Source of the DNA: Armatimonadota bacterium
GTDB taxonomy: Bacteria; Armatimonadota; HRBIN16
NCBI GenBank assembly: GCA_963677485.1
Contig: OY781964.1
Coordinates: forward strand, 4,192,001 to 4,256,000
Direction: 5' to 3'
DNA length: 64,000 bases
Under the pieces are notes generated by a model. It searched no databases, was not told the DNA's origin, and was given only the letters and a program-made list of their open reading frames with translations. Within the stretch, counting starts at the first letter, position 1, and every line of letters begins with the position of its first letter. Of the stretch, positions 28,987 to 37,875 are shown piece by piece. A program made the translations under genes and the position numbers.

Positions 28987-29346
28987 CTACTTGATGAGCA
29001 GGTTCTTTATCCCCATGACGATGAGCAACAATCCGAATCCCCGCTTTAGCCATATTTCAGGAAGCATGACTGCGATTTTGGCTGATAGATAACTGCCAAG
29101 CACAAACCCTATGATGATGAGCCCGGCAGCAAGCACGTTAATGTTTTTGCTTCGGTAATACTCCATCACGGCGGCGATCCCGATGGGGGGCAGCATCAGT
29201 GCTAATGAGGTACCCGTGGCCATCTTCTGCGAGAACCCAAACCACGCCACGAGTGCGGGCACTATGATGATCCCGCCACCCACACCAAACGCTCCGGCCA
29301 GACCACCTGCGCATACGCCCACCAATATCAGTAATATATTAGTCAT
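28987..29346 (-). CDS. Half-size TauE/SafE family membrane protein
   Basis: GVGGGIIIVPAL and ATGTSL motifs; four hydrophobic segments. Confidence 0.8.
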   Translation of the reverse strand: MTNILLILVGVCAGGLAGAFGVGGGIIIVPALVAWFGFSQKMATGTSLALMLPPIGIAAVMEYYRSKNINVLAAGLIIIGFVLGSYLSAKIAVMLPEIWLKRGFGLLLIVMGIKNLLIK

Positions 29347-29460
29347 CGAATGTCACCATCTCCTGTTTTCTCTTCTTATGTCAGAGTACACGAATGAGCT
29401 GGCAACGGCAAATCCAGTGCTGCATAGGGTACACTTGGGTAAACACAACAGGAGTTTGAT

Positions 29461-29667
29461 ATGGCACAATTCACGAATGAACAACGCGGCGCGTTTCTGC
29501 GTACCACCATCGTAATCAAGGCCGGTGAGACAGTTCGTCTATGCCGATGCTTCAAATCTGAGGATTTCCCGTTTTGCGATGGGGCGCATAAATCATGTCC
29601 TGGCACTGGCCCGGTGATCGTTCAGGCCGTCGCTGAAGATGCACCTGATGCTGAGGTTGAGGGCTAG
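29461..29667 (+). CDS. CDGSH iron-sulfur domain protein
   Basis: LCRCFKSEDFPFCDGAH matches the CDGSH consensus; AGGAG RBS. Confidence 0.88.
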   Translation: MAQFTNEQRGAFLRTTIVIKAGETVRLCRCFKSEDFPFCDGAHKSCPGTGPVIVQAVAEDAPDAEVEG

Positions 29668-29799
29668 AATGTAACCCCATTTGTGGTGGCACATTGAACA
29701 GGGGTGGTATAAAACCGCCCTTTGCTTCATCTGGATTTTACGCAACAGCTATGGATCGTGAGACTGCCGTTTTGCACTACTATTAGATACACTGATAGT

Positions 29800-31269
29800 A
29801 TGATGCAAAGTAATAACGAACAGCAGGGTGCTGTCGGTTCAACTGAACAACATTCTGTTCAGATTGATACTTCATTGTACACACCAGCCACAGATATCGA
29901 TTGGCCGACCATGGCTCACGAAATTGCACAGTTACCTCCAGGCCCGATCATTGTACGCGTATATCTGCGACCTTCTGAGCAATGGATGGAACGTAATAAA
30001 TCGCAACTGGTCAAGGGTATGGCCCCGTATTCTCAGGCGGTAGTGCTGCCGTATCCCAGTATCTTTTCGGAGCGCTGGGGTGATGAGGCACTGCGTTTGA
30101 TGAAAAAGCTGGGAATCGATATTCACAACCAGAGCTGGGTATCACGGGTGTCGTGTATCTATTTGGAACAAGTGGAGTATCTGGGTGTAGGGGAATCGGA
30201 TGAAAACACCCGCTATTGGGGTGATTACAGCGATGTGGCTGAAGAAGCATTTACTGCCTGGATGTGGGAAGGAAACAAACATATTCCAGAGAGTATGGAG
30301 CTTATACCTGGTGCAGAATGGCGGGCGGCGGGTCCGGGCGAGTATTTCCCTGACGCGCCTATGGGTGCTCTGAGTGGTTTGTATGACGCATTTCTAGCTC
30401 AAGCAGCCTCGCACTGGCAAGTTCGAATGATGGACGCACTCTCTACCGCTTTGTCATCGAAGGTGCCGGTGGGTATCAGTTCAAAGGGTTGTGTAGGCAG
30501 TTCATATGATAGACACCGTCTGTGGGGTATTCATCTACTGGATACCATTACGCATGAATCCTCGGTCTGTAAAAGCGTGTTATTGCAGGATAGCCAAAGC
30601 TGGATCCCCGTAGACAGCCTTATTGCCCGGGGTCTATCAGTGGTTGGAACGCAGCCGGAAGCCAATCCTCAAGTAGCCTTTTTACTTCATGAAACCAGCA
30701 CTTGCTGGACAGGATATGGTGCTCAGTTCCCCTCGCAGATACTGAAGATGCGCTCACTCTTGCGCGAGATGAAGCTGGCCGTTTGGGATGGATTGGTGTC
30801 TGATTTGCAGAAGCTTCCATCTACGGTGAAGTTAGTGGTCATCGCGAATGCTTGTGCGTTAAGCGATGCCGAGATGACTGCCCTTCAGGCTTTCATTCGC
30901 AAGGGGCAGCGTCATTTTGTGCTTGTCGGTGCGATAGGGTTAATTAACCCGGACACCGGACAATGGGATGTGGGCCGTATGCAGTCTGTGACCGGTATTC
31001 CGTTCAGTCTGCAATTTACCAAAGGCAGCAGCCGGTGTATATGGGCTGATAACAAACCGTTTGGTGATGGCGAGGTGGTACCGCGGTTTGTTTCTAGGTC
31101 GGCATCTCTCATAAAGTTTGAAGATGGTGGAAACGCGAGCGGGCAAAGGTGGCTTCCATCGGGTAAACTGAATTGGTGTGCTTGCGCCCCTTTGCATATT
31201 CCTTTATGGCGGGACTGGCTTACGGAGGCTCAGGTAACACTTGCGGATGCTATTTCTGCGGAGGTGTAA
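29800..31269 (+). CDS. Divergent paralog of the GH42-like protein
   Basis: YWGDYS..AFTAW; the C-terminal half aligns by eye with 2336..5335 (VAF..., LPSTVKLVVIANA, GLINP, LPSGKLNWC). Start uncertain. Confidence 0.55.
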   Translation: MMQSNNEQQGAVGSTEQHSVQIDTSLYTPATDIDWPTMAHEIAQLPPGPIIVRVYLRPSEQWMERNKSQLVKGMAPYSQAVVLPYPSIFSERWGDEALRLMKKLGIDIHNQSWVSRVSCIYLEQVEYLGVGESDENTRYWGDYSDVAEEAFTAWMWEGNKHIPESMELIPGAEWRAAGPGEYFPDAPMGALSGLYDAFLAQAASHWQVRMMDALSTALSSKVPVGISSKGCVGSSYDRHRLWGIHLLDTITHESSVCKSVLLQDSQSWIPVDSLIARGLSVVGTQPEANPQVAFLLHETSTCWTGYGAQFPSQILKMRSLLREMKLAVWDGLVSDLQKLPSTVKLVVIANACALSDAEMTALQAFIRKGQRHFVLVGAIGLINPDTGQWDVGRMQSVTGIPFSLQFTKGSSRCIWADNKPFGDGEVVPRFVSRSASLIKFEDGGNASGQRWLPSGKLNWCACAPLHIPLWRDWLTEAQVTLADAISAEV

Positions 31270-31272
31270 CCA

Positions 31273-31473
31273 GTGACTGTAACCGTGACCTGCCAAGGTA
31301 ACTCTGTATGGGTTGCGGAGTGCGCTGAGGTACCCGGCTGCTACAGCCATGGGCAAACCCGCGAAGAAGCTCTGTTCAATATCATGACTGCTTTACCTGT
31401 ATTCATGGCTGAGTTTGACCCATATGATGAGATGGATGTTTTGGATGTGGGGGCCGCTTGGGCAGAAGCCTGA
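31273..31473 (+). CDS. HicB-like antitoxin domain protein
   Basis: WVAEC.EVPGCYSHGQTREEALFNI pattern. Confidence 0.75.
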   Translation: MTVTVTCQGNSVWVAECAEVPGCYSHGQTREEALFNIMTALPVFMAEFDPYDEMDVLDVGAAWAEA

Positions 31474-31549
31474 CGGTCACTGATCGATTATCTGAGATCA
31501 GCCTGTATGCAACAGGGGTCTCATCACAACTAGCCCAAATGGTAGAGTA

Positions 31550-32332
31550 TTGATACAAAAGAACACAAACCCTACGATAGACTGGATTTACGAAGCCCTC
31601 GTCTTCTTTGGCGATGCTGGCTCTTTGGTCATGCAAACATGCCTGGCCCTGATAAAGGGCAAGGTGGAATGGGCCAACGTATTCCGGCAGATGGTGTTAA
31701 TTGGCGTTCAAGCCCTGCCGATGGCCATCATCGCAAGCTGCTTCATGTCTGGAGTCATCACACTATACATCACACCCCTCATGATGCAGTACGGGGTGGC
31801 TTCACTGGTGGGCGGCAGCGTGACTCTGGCAGTCACTCGAGAGATTGGCCCCATTGTCACAGGCGTGGTCGTGGCGGCTAGAAGTGCATCAGCGATTGCC
31901 GCAGAGATCGGCTCTATGAAAGTGACCGAACAAATCGATGCATTGAGAGCTTTATCGGTTCCTCCTGTGCAGTATTTAGTGGCTCCTCGAATCATCGCCA
32001 GTGTGCTGATGATGCCGGTGCTGACTATGATCGCTGTTGCTGCCGGGATTGCCGGAGGTTATTTGGTAGCATTAGGTCTTGGAGTACCCTCACAGAACTA
32101 CATCATGTCGATTAGAGAACTGACAACCACAAAAGATATTTTCACAGGGCTAGGTAAAACATGCGTGTTTGGCCTTATCATTTCTGTGGTCGGATGCCGG
32201 ACGGGGCTTCGGACCTCTGGTGGAGCCACCGGAGTGGGTTTGAGCACGACCAATAGCGTGGTGATCGGTGTATTGAGCATATTCGTAGTGAACTTCATCA
32301 TGGCGTATCTGTTTTTTGGTACTGGACAATGA
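31550..32332 (+). CDS. mlaE: MlaE-family ABC permease
   Basis: REIGP, AAEIGSMKVTEQIDALRAL and GGATGVG.STT.SVV motifs. Confidence 0.93.
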   Translation: MIQKNTNPTIDWIYEALVFFGDAGSLVMQTCLALIKGKVEWANVFRQMVLIGVQALPMAIIASCFMSGVITLYITPLMMQYGVASLVGGSVTLAVTREIGPIVTGVVVAARSASAIAAEIGSMKVTEQIDALRALSVPPVQYLVAPRIIASVLMMPVLTMIAVAAGIAGGYLVALGLGVPSQNYIMSIRELTTTKDIFTGLGKTCVFGLIISVVGCRTGLRTSGGATGVGLSTTNSVVIGVLSIFVVNFIMAYLFFGTGQ

Positions 32333-33108
32333 CGGAAACAGCCAAGAAGGAGTGCCCGGACGTCATATGCTGCAAGGATCTATGTTACACCATTGATGGC
32401 AAGAAGGTACTGCAAGGCATTACCGTGAGTATACCTAAGGGTGAGATATTCGCTGTCATGGGTACCTCGGGATGCGGAAAGACCACTTTTTTGAAACTAT
32501 TAGGCGGGTTGATCAGGCCGACTTCAGGACAGATCAACATGCTGGATTACTCTCTAGCCAAAATGCCAGAAGTGAAACTGAGTAAAATCCGCTGCCATTT
32601 CCAGCTAGTGTTTCAGTACTCTGCGTTGTTTGACTCACTGACTGTCGAACAGAATGTGGCGTTTGGCATGAGGCGGCATAAACCAATGTCCGCAAAGGAA
32701 GCCAAACCTTTAGTCGCTGAAAAGCTGAAACTGGTGGGTATGGAAGGATCTGAACAGCTCTATCCTTCACAGCTTTCTGGTGGAATGCAAAAGCGGGTGG
32801 GGCTGGCTCGTGCATTAGCACTGGAGCCTGAAGTCTTGTTATACGATGAGCCGACATCCGGGCTAGACCCGATATCTGCTGGAGCCATCAACAGCTTGAT
32901 ACGAGAGACAGCCTTAAGCCTTGGTGTGACTTCCGTAGTGGTATCGCACGATGTGCAAGGCGTGCTGACGACAGCCAACCGGGTCATGATGCTGTCCGAC
33001 GGTGTCGCGAAGGCGATCGGCAGCCCTGAGGAGTTGATGCACCATCCTGACGAATCGGTCAGGGCATTTATACAAGCCGGTTTGTTGATTCAGAATGGAG
33101 GGATATAG
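32329..33108 (+). CDS. mlaF: MlaF-family ABC ATPase
   Basis: GTSGCGKT, FQYSALFDS, LSGGMQKRVGLARAL and YDEPTSGLDP motifs. Confidence 0.93.
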   Translation: MTETAKKECPDVICCKDLCYTIDGKKVLQGITVSIPKGEIFAVMGTSGCGKTTFLKLLGGLIRPTSGQINMLDYSLAKMPEVKLSKIRCHFQLVFQYSALFDSLTVEQNVAFGMRRHKPMSAKEAKPLVAEKLKLVGMEGSEQLYPSQLSGGMQKRVGLARALALEPEVLLYDEPTSGLDPISAGAINSLIRETALSLGVTSVVVSHDVQGVLTTANRVMMLSDGVAKAIGSPEELMHHPDESVRAFIQAGLLIQNGGI

Positions 33109-33110
33109 CC

Positions 33111-34481
33111 ATGCTATCATCACGTAAAGCTGCGATTATGACCGGACTGACGATATTCATCGCAGCAGTGCTGTTATACGGACTTGTGACCCTGTTAAAA
33201 GGGCCGCTAGCTGGCAAAGGTGTTTATCATCTCCGGATGCTGCCAAACGATGCTATAGGCATTCAAAAACAGAGCCGGGTCTACATGGCTGGTGTCGAGG
33301 TTGGACAGGTAAAAACTGTGGAACTGTCCAAAAATCTGAAGGCTACGATTACTCTGGAGATCGATACCGATGTGGTCATTCCGAAAGGTTCTGTGGCCTC
33401 GCTTCAGTCACCTGGGATCGCTGGCGTCGATAAACTGGTCGCTATTATGCCAGGCCATGGTCCCGGTAGGTTAAAAGAAGGTGACATTCTACCGTGTTCC
33501 CTTCAGATTGGCATCATGGAGATGGGGCCTGTGATTGCTGACACTATGGTGAGTGCGAAGAGATTGATGGACACCACGAACAAGATGTTGACCGATGCCA
33601 CGATGCGCAGACAGATACACGAAACACTTAACAATGTGCAAAGGGCAACGGCCGGTGCGGCTGCACTGACACAGCAGGCGATGGTCAGCTTGCAGAAGTT
33701 GACCGATCATGTTGATGCGCTGGCGCGAGACGCCCAGGGGGCCAGTCGGCAGTTGCCGGCTACCATATCGGAGATGCGCATCGCATTGCAGAAGGCCCAA
33801 ACCTTGATCGATACTGCGAATAAAGCGACCGAAGGGATATCAAAACTAACCTCCGACCCTGAGGTACAGGCTTCCATAAAGTCTACGTCTGCGCAGATAG
33901 AGATTTTGTCCAAGCAGATGAATGACATTGCGAAAGGCATCAATAACATCACCGGGGACACCAAATTCCAAGAGGACATCAAGGGTACAGTCGCTAAGGC
34001 GAATGACACGATGGCTAGTGCTAAAGAGACAACCATCAAGGTTGGTAAATTCATGGACCGTGTCTTGGCCCCACCAAACTGGAAATTCGAGCCCCTCATC
34101 ACCCTAGAGTCTTTTGCACTACCGACCAATGGTACTGTGCGCTCGGACTTAAACATGCGGCTGCCACTGCCGAAAGGCTCCTTCTTGAGTCTGGGGCTAT
34201 ATGATGTGACGGAACGCGACTTAACCAATATCCAGTACGGGCTGGAATTGACACCTGGCCTTGAGGGCAGATATGGGCTATATGCTGGTAAGGCAGGAGC
34301 AGGCCTCGACTGGAATATCAGCCCCACATGGCAATTCCGCGGCGACCTGTGGAACCCCAACAACCTGCAGCTTGATGCTAAAGTGCGGTATCGCGGCGGC
34401 AAGCAGTGGAGCATCTGGGCGGGTATGGATAGCATATTCGACAAAGGTCTGCCTCTAGTCGGTGTTCAGATCAACAGATAG
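33111..34481 (+). CDS. mlaD: Long MlaD/MCE protein with helical stalk and C-terminal beta-rich domain
   Basis: N-terminal TM segment, MCE motif VYMAGVEVGQV, long amphipathic helix, Gly/aromatic beta-strand C-terminus. Confidence 0.88.
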   Translation: MLSSRKAAIMTGLTIFIAAVLLYGLVTLLKGPLAGKGVYHLRMLPNDAIGIQKQSRVYMAGVEVGQVKTVELSKNLKATITLEIDTDVVIPKGSVASLQSPGIAGVDKLVAIMPGHGPGRLKEGDILPCSLQIGIMEMGPVIADTMVSAKRLMDTTNKMLTDATMRRQIHETLNNVQRATAGAAALTQQAMVSLQKLTDHVDALARDAQGASRQLPATISEMRIALQKAQTLIDTANKATEGISKLTSDPEVQASIKSTSAQIEILSKQMNDIAKGINNITGDTKFQEDIKGTVAKANDTMASAKETTIKVGKFMDRVLAPPNWKFEPLITLESFALPTNGTVRSDLNMRLPLPKGSFLSLGLYDVTERDLTNIQYGLELTPGLEGRYGLYAGKAGAGLDWNISPTWQFRGDLWNPNNLQLDAKVRYRGGKQWSIWAGMDSIFDKGLPLVGVQINR

Positions 34482-34531
34482 ACACCCCCAGGCTGGGATA
34501 GAATATAAATAACTAGTAGGAGGACGAACTG

Positions 34532-34993
34532 ATGGCAATACAAGTTCTGTTTCGTAAGGACGTGCCTGGAGTGGGCAAAAAAGGTGAGGTAAAGAGTGTA
34601 TCTGAAGGTTACGCTCGCAACTATCTGCTACCCAAGGGGCTGGCAGTAGAGGCTGATAAAGGCATTATGAACAACATCGCATTACGCGAAAAGAATGATG
34701 CCGCGAAGGACCAGGTGGCCCGGGCAAAGGCTCAGGAGCAGACCGATATACTCAAAGGCAAGACGGTTGTGATCAAAGCAAAAGGCGGCAAAGACGGCAC
34801 CAAGCTGTTCGGTGCAGTCACCGCGCAGCACATCGTGGATGCCCTGAAATCCGACTTCAAGATGAACATCGATAAACGCAAGGTCATTTTGAAGGAGCCG
34901 ATTAAGATTGCTGGCAACTACATCATTAGTCTGCATCTATACCACGATGTAACCGCTACCGTTACGATTGTGGTTGAGGCCGTGGCCCAATAA
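34532..34993 (+). CDS. rplI: 50S ribosomal protein L9
   Basis: [13 protein letters not shown] and KLFGAVT motifs. Confidence 0.97.
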   Translation: MAIQVLFRKDVPGVGKKGEVKSVSEGYARNYLLPKGLAVEADKGIMNNIALREKNDAAKDQVARAKAQEQTDILKGKTVVIKAKGGKDGTKLFGAVTAQHIVDALKSDFKMNIDKRKVILKEPIKIAGNYIISLHLYHDVTATVTIVVEAVAQ

Positions 34994-36430
34994 ATGGCCT
35001 TTGGCGATAACCAGCACTCGACACGAAGTGAGGCGTCATCGACAGCCAATCCCCAGATGATGCCTCATGACCTGGATGCCGAACAGGCGACTTTAGGCGC
35101 AATGCTCATTGATGGAGCAGCGACCGAACGCATGGCGGAAGTTCTTGATAGCGATGACTTCTACCGTCCTGCCAATCGCACCTTGTTCGAAAGCATGATA
35201 TCCCTTGCTACACGCAATGAGGCCGTTGACCTGGTCACCACCACAAATGAGCTAAAACGCCAGGGTAAGCTGGACGATGTTGGTGGGGCGCCGTTCCTTG
35301 CAATGCTGATGGAGGCGGTGCCTAACGCCGCGAACGTCGAGTATTATGCGAACATCGTGCAGGCGATGGGGCGGCGACGCAGACTAATGCGGGCTGGCCT
35401 CGATATCGTTAGACTCGCGAGTGGGACAGACGAAGATCCCAGGACGATGACAGAGCTGATAGACGATGCCGAGTCGCGCATATATCAAGTGGCCAGAAGC
35501 CGTGATGTATCGGGGCTGATGCATATACAACCGATGCTGGGTGCCGCGTTTGACCAGATCGAGACTCTGTTCCATGAGAAGAAGCATGTGACTGGAGTTC
35601 CGACTGGATACCAGTATCTAGATGAGATGACGGCAGGTTGGCAGCGCGGTGATCTGGTGATCGTTGCGGCACGTCCGAGTATGGGTAAGACCAGCCTCGC
35701 GATGAACATGGCAGAATACTGCAGCATTCACCATGGAAGCACTGTGGCTGTGTTTAGCTTGGAAATGGGCAAAGAACAACTGGTCCAGCGCATGATCTGC
35801 AGTCAAGCCGAAGTGAACGGCAACCTGTTGCGGCAGGGGCGGGTCCCTGAAGAAGCGTGGGATCGGATCCAGACGGCAGTCAGCCGGTTGTGGGAGGCTA
35901 AGATTTTCATCGACGATACACCCTCAGCCTCCGCGTTGGAAATCCGCAGCAAATGCCGCAGATTAAAAAGCGAGCATGGTTTGGACTTGGTGGTGATTGA
36001 CTACCTACAACTCATGCGTGGCCACCGGAAGAACGAGAACCGAAACCAGGAGATATCGGACATCGCCCATGCGTTAAAGGCACTTGCCCGCGAGGTACAA
36101 GCACCTGTGATCGCTTTGTCGCAGCTTTCGCGGTCGGTTGAAAGCCGTGATGATAAACGTCCGATGTTGAGCGACTTGCGCGACTCAGGAACAATTGAGC
36201 AGGCAGCGGATGTCGTGGCTTTCATCTATAGAGACACTTATTACAAGCAAAAAGCGTTGAAGAACGGCGATGAAGGCGAGTTCGAACAGGTTAGGCCGAT
36301 ACCTGGTGCAGTGGAGAAGGCCGAAATCATCGTAGCAAAACAGAGAAATGGTCCGACAGGCAGCGTGAAGGTTGGATTTAAGGCCGACTACGCGCGATTT
36401 GTGCCGTTGGACTTTACGTCGGAGGAATAG
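34994..36430 (+). CDS. dnaB: Replicative DNA helicase
   Basis: AARPSMGKT, FSLEM, IDYLQLM, LSQLSR, SDLRDSGTIEQ and KQRNGPTG motifs; no intein. Confidence 0.97.
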   Translation: MAFGDNQHSTRSEASSTANPQMMPHDLDAEQATLGAMLIDGAATERMAEVLDSDDFYRPANRTLFESMISLATRNEAVDLVTTTNELKRQGKLDDVGGAPFLAMLMEAVPNAANVEYYANIVQAMGRRRRLMRAGLDIVRLASGTDEDPRTMTELIDDAESRIYQVARSRDVSGLMHIQPMLGAAFDQIETLFHEKKHVTGVPTGYQYLDEMTAGWQRGDLVIVAARPSMGKTSLAMNMAEYCSIHHGSTVAVFSLEMGKEQLVQRMICSQAEVNGNLLRQGRVPEEAWDRIQTAVSRLWEAKIFIDDTPSASALEIRSKCRRLKSEHGLDLVVIDYLQLMRGHRKNENRNQEISDIAHALKALAREVQAPVIALSQLSRSVESRDDKRPMLSDLRDSGTIEQAADVVAFIYRDTYYKQKALKNGDEGEFEQVRPIPGAVEKAEIIVAKQRNGPTGSVKVGFKADYARFVPLDFTSEE

Positions 36431-36433
36431 ACC

Positions 36434-37717
36434 ATGAGGATCATGATAGTGGGCGGTGGTGGCCGTGAACACGCGATAGCGTGGAAACTGGCTCAGAGCC
36501 CCCGTGTTAAAAAAATTTACTCTGCGCCTGGAAATGCTGGAATTGCTGATGTCGCTGAATGCGTAGATATCAACGTGAAGGATATTCAAGGGCTTGCCAG
36601 TTTTGCAGAGCAGAATGCGATTGACATCACGGTGGTCGGTCCTGAGACCCCTTTAATCGCCGGAATTGTGGATACCTTCCAGCAACGTGGTTTGCTGGTG
36701 TTTGGACCGAGCTCCGATCCTGCCCAGCTGGAAGGCAGCAAGAGCTTTGCTAAAGATATGATGCGTCGGTACCAGATACCAACGGCAGACTACGCCAGTT
36801 TTACCGACTCGGCAACCGCCATAGAGTATCTGAAGGGGTTGTGGGACAAGGGTACACGCAGTATTGTGATCAAGGCTGATGGTGAGGCCGCCGGTAAGGG
36901 CGTGCTGATGATCAATAGCTACGATGAGGCAGTTGACGGAGTGGTGAGCCTGCTTGACCAAAGAGTATTAGGTGAGGCTGGCCGCCAGATCGTGATCGAA
37001 GAACGTCTGGTCGGTGAGGAGGTCAGCCTTCTTGCCATTACCGATGGCTTTACGGCCCTGGCTTGCCCCAGCGTTCAGGATAACAAACGCGCACTTGATG
37101 GCGACCGCGGACTCAACACTGGTGGAATGGGCTGTGTCAGTCCTGTGCCTTTCTTTACCCCTGAGATGGCTAAAGAAGCACTTGATAAGGTGATCATGCC
37201 GGCCATTCAAGCCAGCCGAGATAGAGGTATCCCATTTAAGGGTGTGTTGTATGGCGGTTTGATGCTTCCGCCTGACGGTGTAAAGGCTCTTGAGTATAAC
37301 GTGCGGTTCGGCGACCCCGAAACGCAGTGCTTGATGCCGTTACTAGATACGGATTTCCTGGATATTATTGAAGCGGTGATCGAATGCCGGCTTGACAAGC
37401 TGCCGATTCAATGGAAGAGCCAGAGTGTGGTCTGCGTGATCGTGGCCTCTGGCGGCTACCCTGGAAAGTATCAAACTGGTCTGCCCATCAGTGGCCTCAA
37501 AGAAGCCAACTCTATCCCCGGGGTGACCGTGTTCCATGCGGGCACGGCATTTGACGCCGAGGGGCGAGTGGTGACGGCTGGCGGTCGCGTGCTGGCGGTT
37601 ACAGGGGTAGCGAACACCATTGCCGAGGCGCGGGATCTTGCCTACAAAGGTGTGAGCCACATCAAATTCGACCAGATGCATTACCGTACAGACATTGGTG
37701 CTAAGTTCATCAAATAG
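36434..37717 (+). CDS. purD: Phosphoribosylamine--glycine ligase
   Basis: GGGGREHA, LEGSKSFAK, NTGGMG, EYNVRFGDPETQ and GGRVL motifs. Confidence 0.97.
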   Translation: MRIMIVGGGGREHAIAWKLAQSPRVKKIYSAPGNAGIADVAECVDINVKDIQGLASFAEQNAIDITVVGPETPLIAGIVDTFQQRGLLVFGPSSDPAQLEGSKSFAKDMMRRYQIPTADYASFTDSATAIEYLKGLWDKGTRSIVIKADGEAAGKGVLMINSYDEAVDGVVSLLDQRVLGEAGRQIVIEERLVGEEVSLLAITDGFTALACPSVQDNKRALDGDRGLNTGGMGCVSPVPFFTPEMAKEALDKVIMPAIQASRDRGIPFKGVLYGGLMLPPDGVKALEYNVRFGDPETQCLMPLLDTDFLDIIEAVIECRLDKLPIQWKSQSVVCVIVASGGYPGKYQTGLPISGLKEANSIPGVTVFHAGTAFDAEGRVVTAGGRVLAVTGVANTIAEARDLAYKGVSHIKFDQMHYRTDIGAKFIK

Positions 37718-37744
37718 ACGGCTGCTGTATCGATGTTGCCAATC

Positions 37745-37781
37745 GACCGTCTCGGCTATGTGCCGAGACGGTCTTACTTTT
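37745..37781 (+). terminator. Rho-independent terminator
   Basis: GACCGTCTCGGC-TATGT-GCCGAGACGGTC followed by TTACTTTT. Confidence 0.8.
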
Positions 37782-37875
37782 AAGATATGTCTAGAATTCG
37801 GCTCATCGTATGGAATAATCTGACTAGTTCGTGCATCTTTATATTGGAACGACGAAAGACGAAGTGACTGGTGTG

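Noticed and set aside
31273-31473. Complete HicAB toxin-antitoxin module
   Set aside because: No adjacent HicA ORF; only an orphan HicB-like domain.
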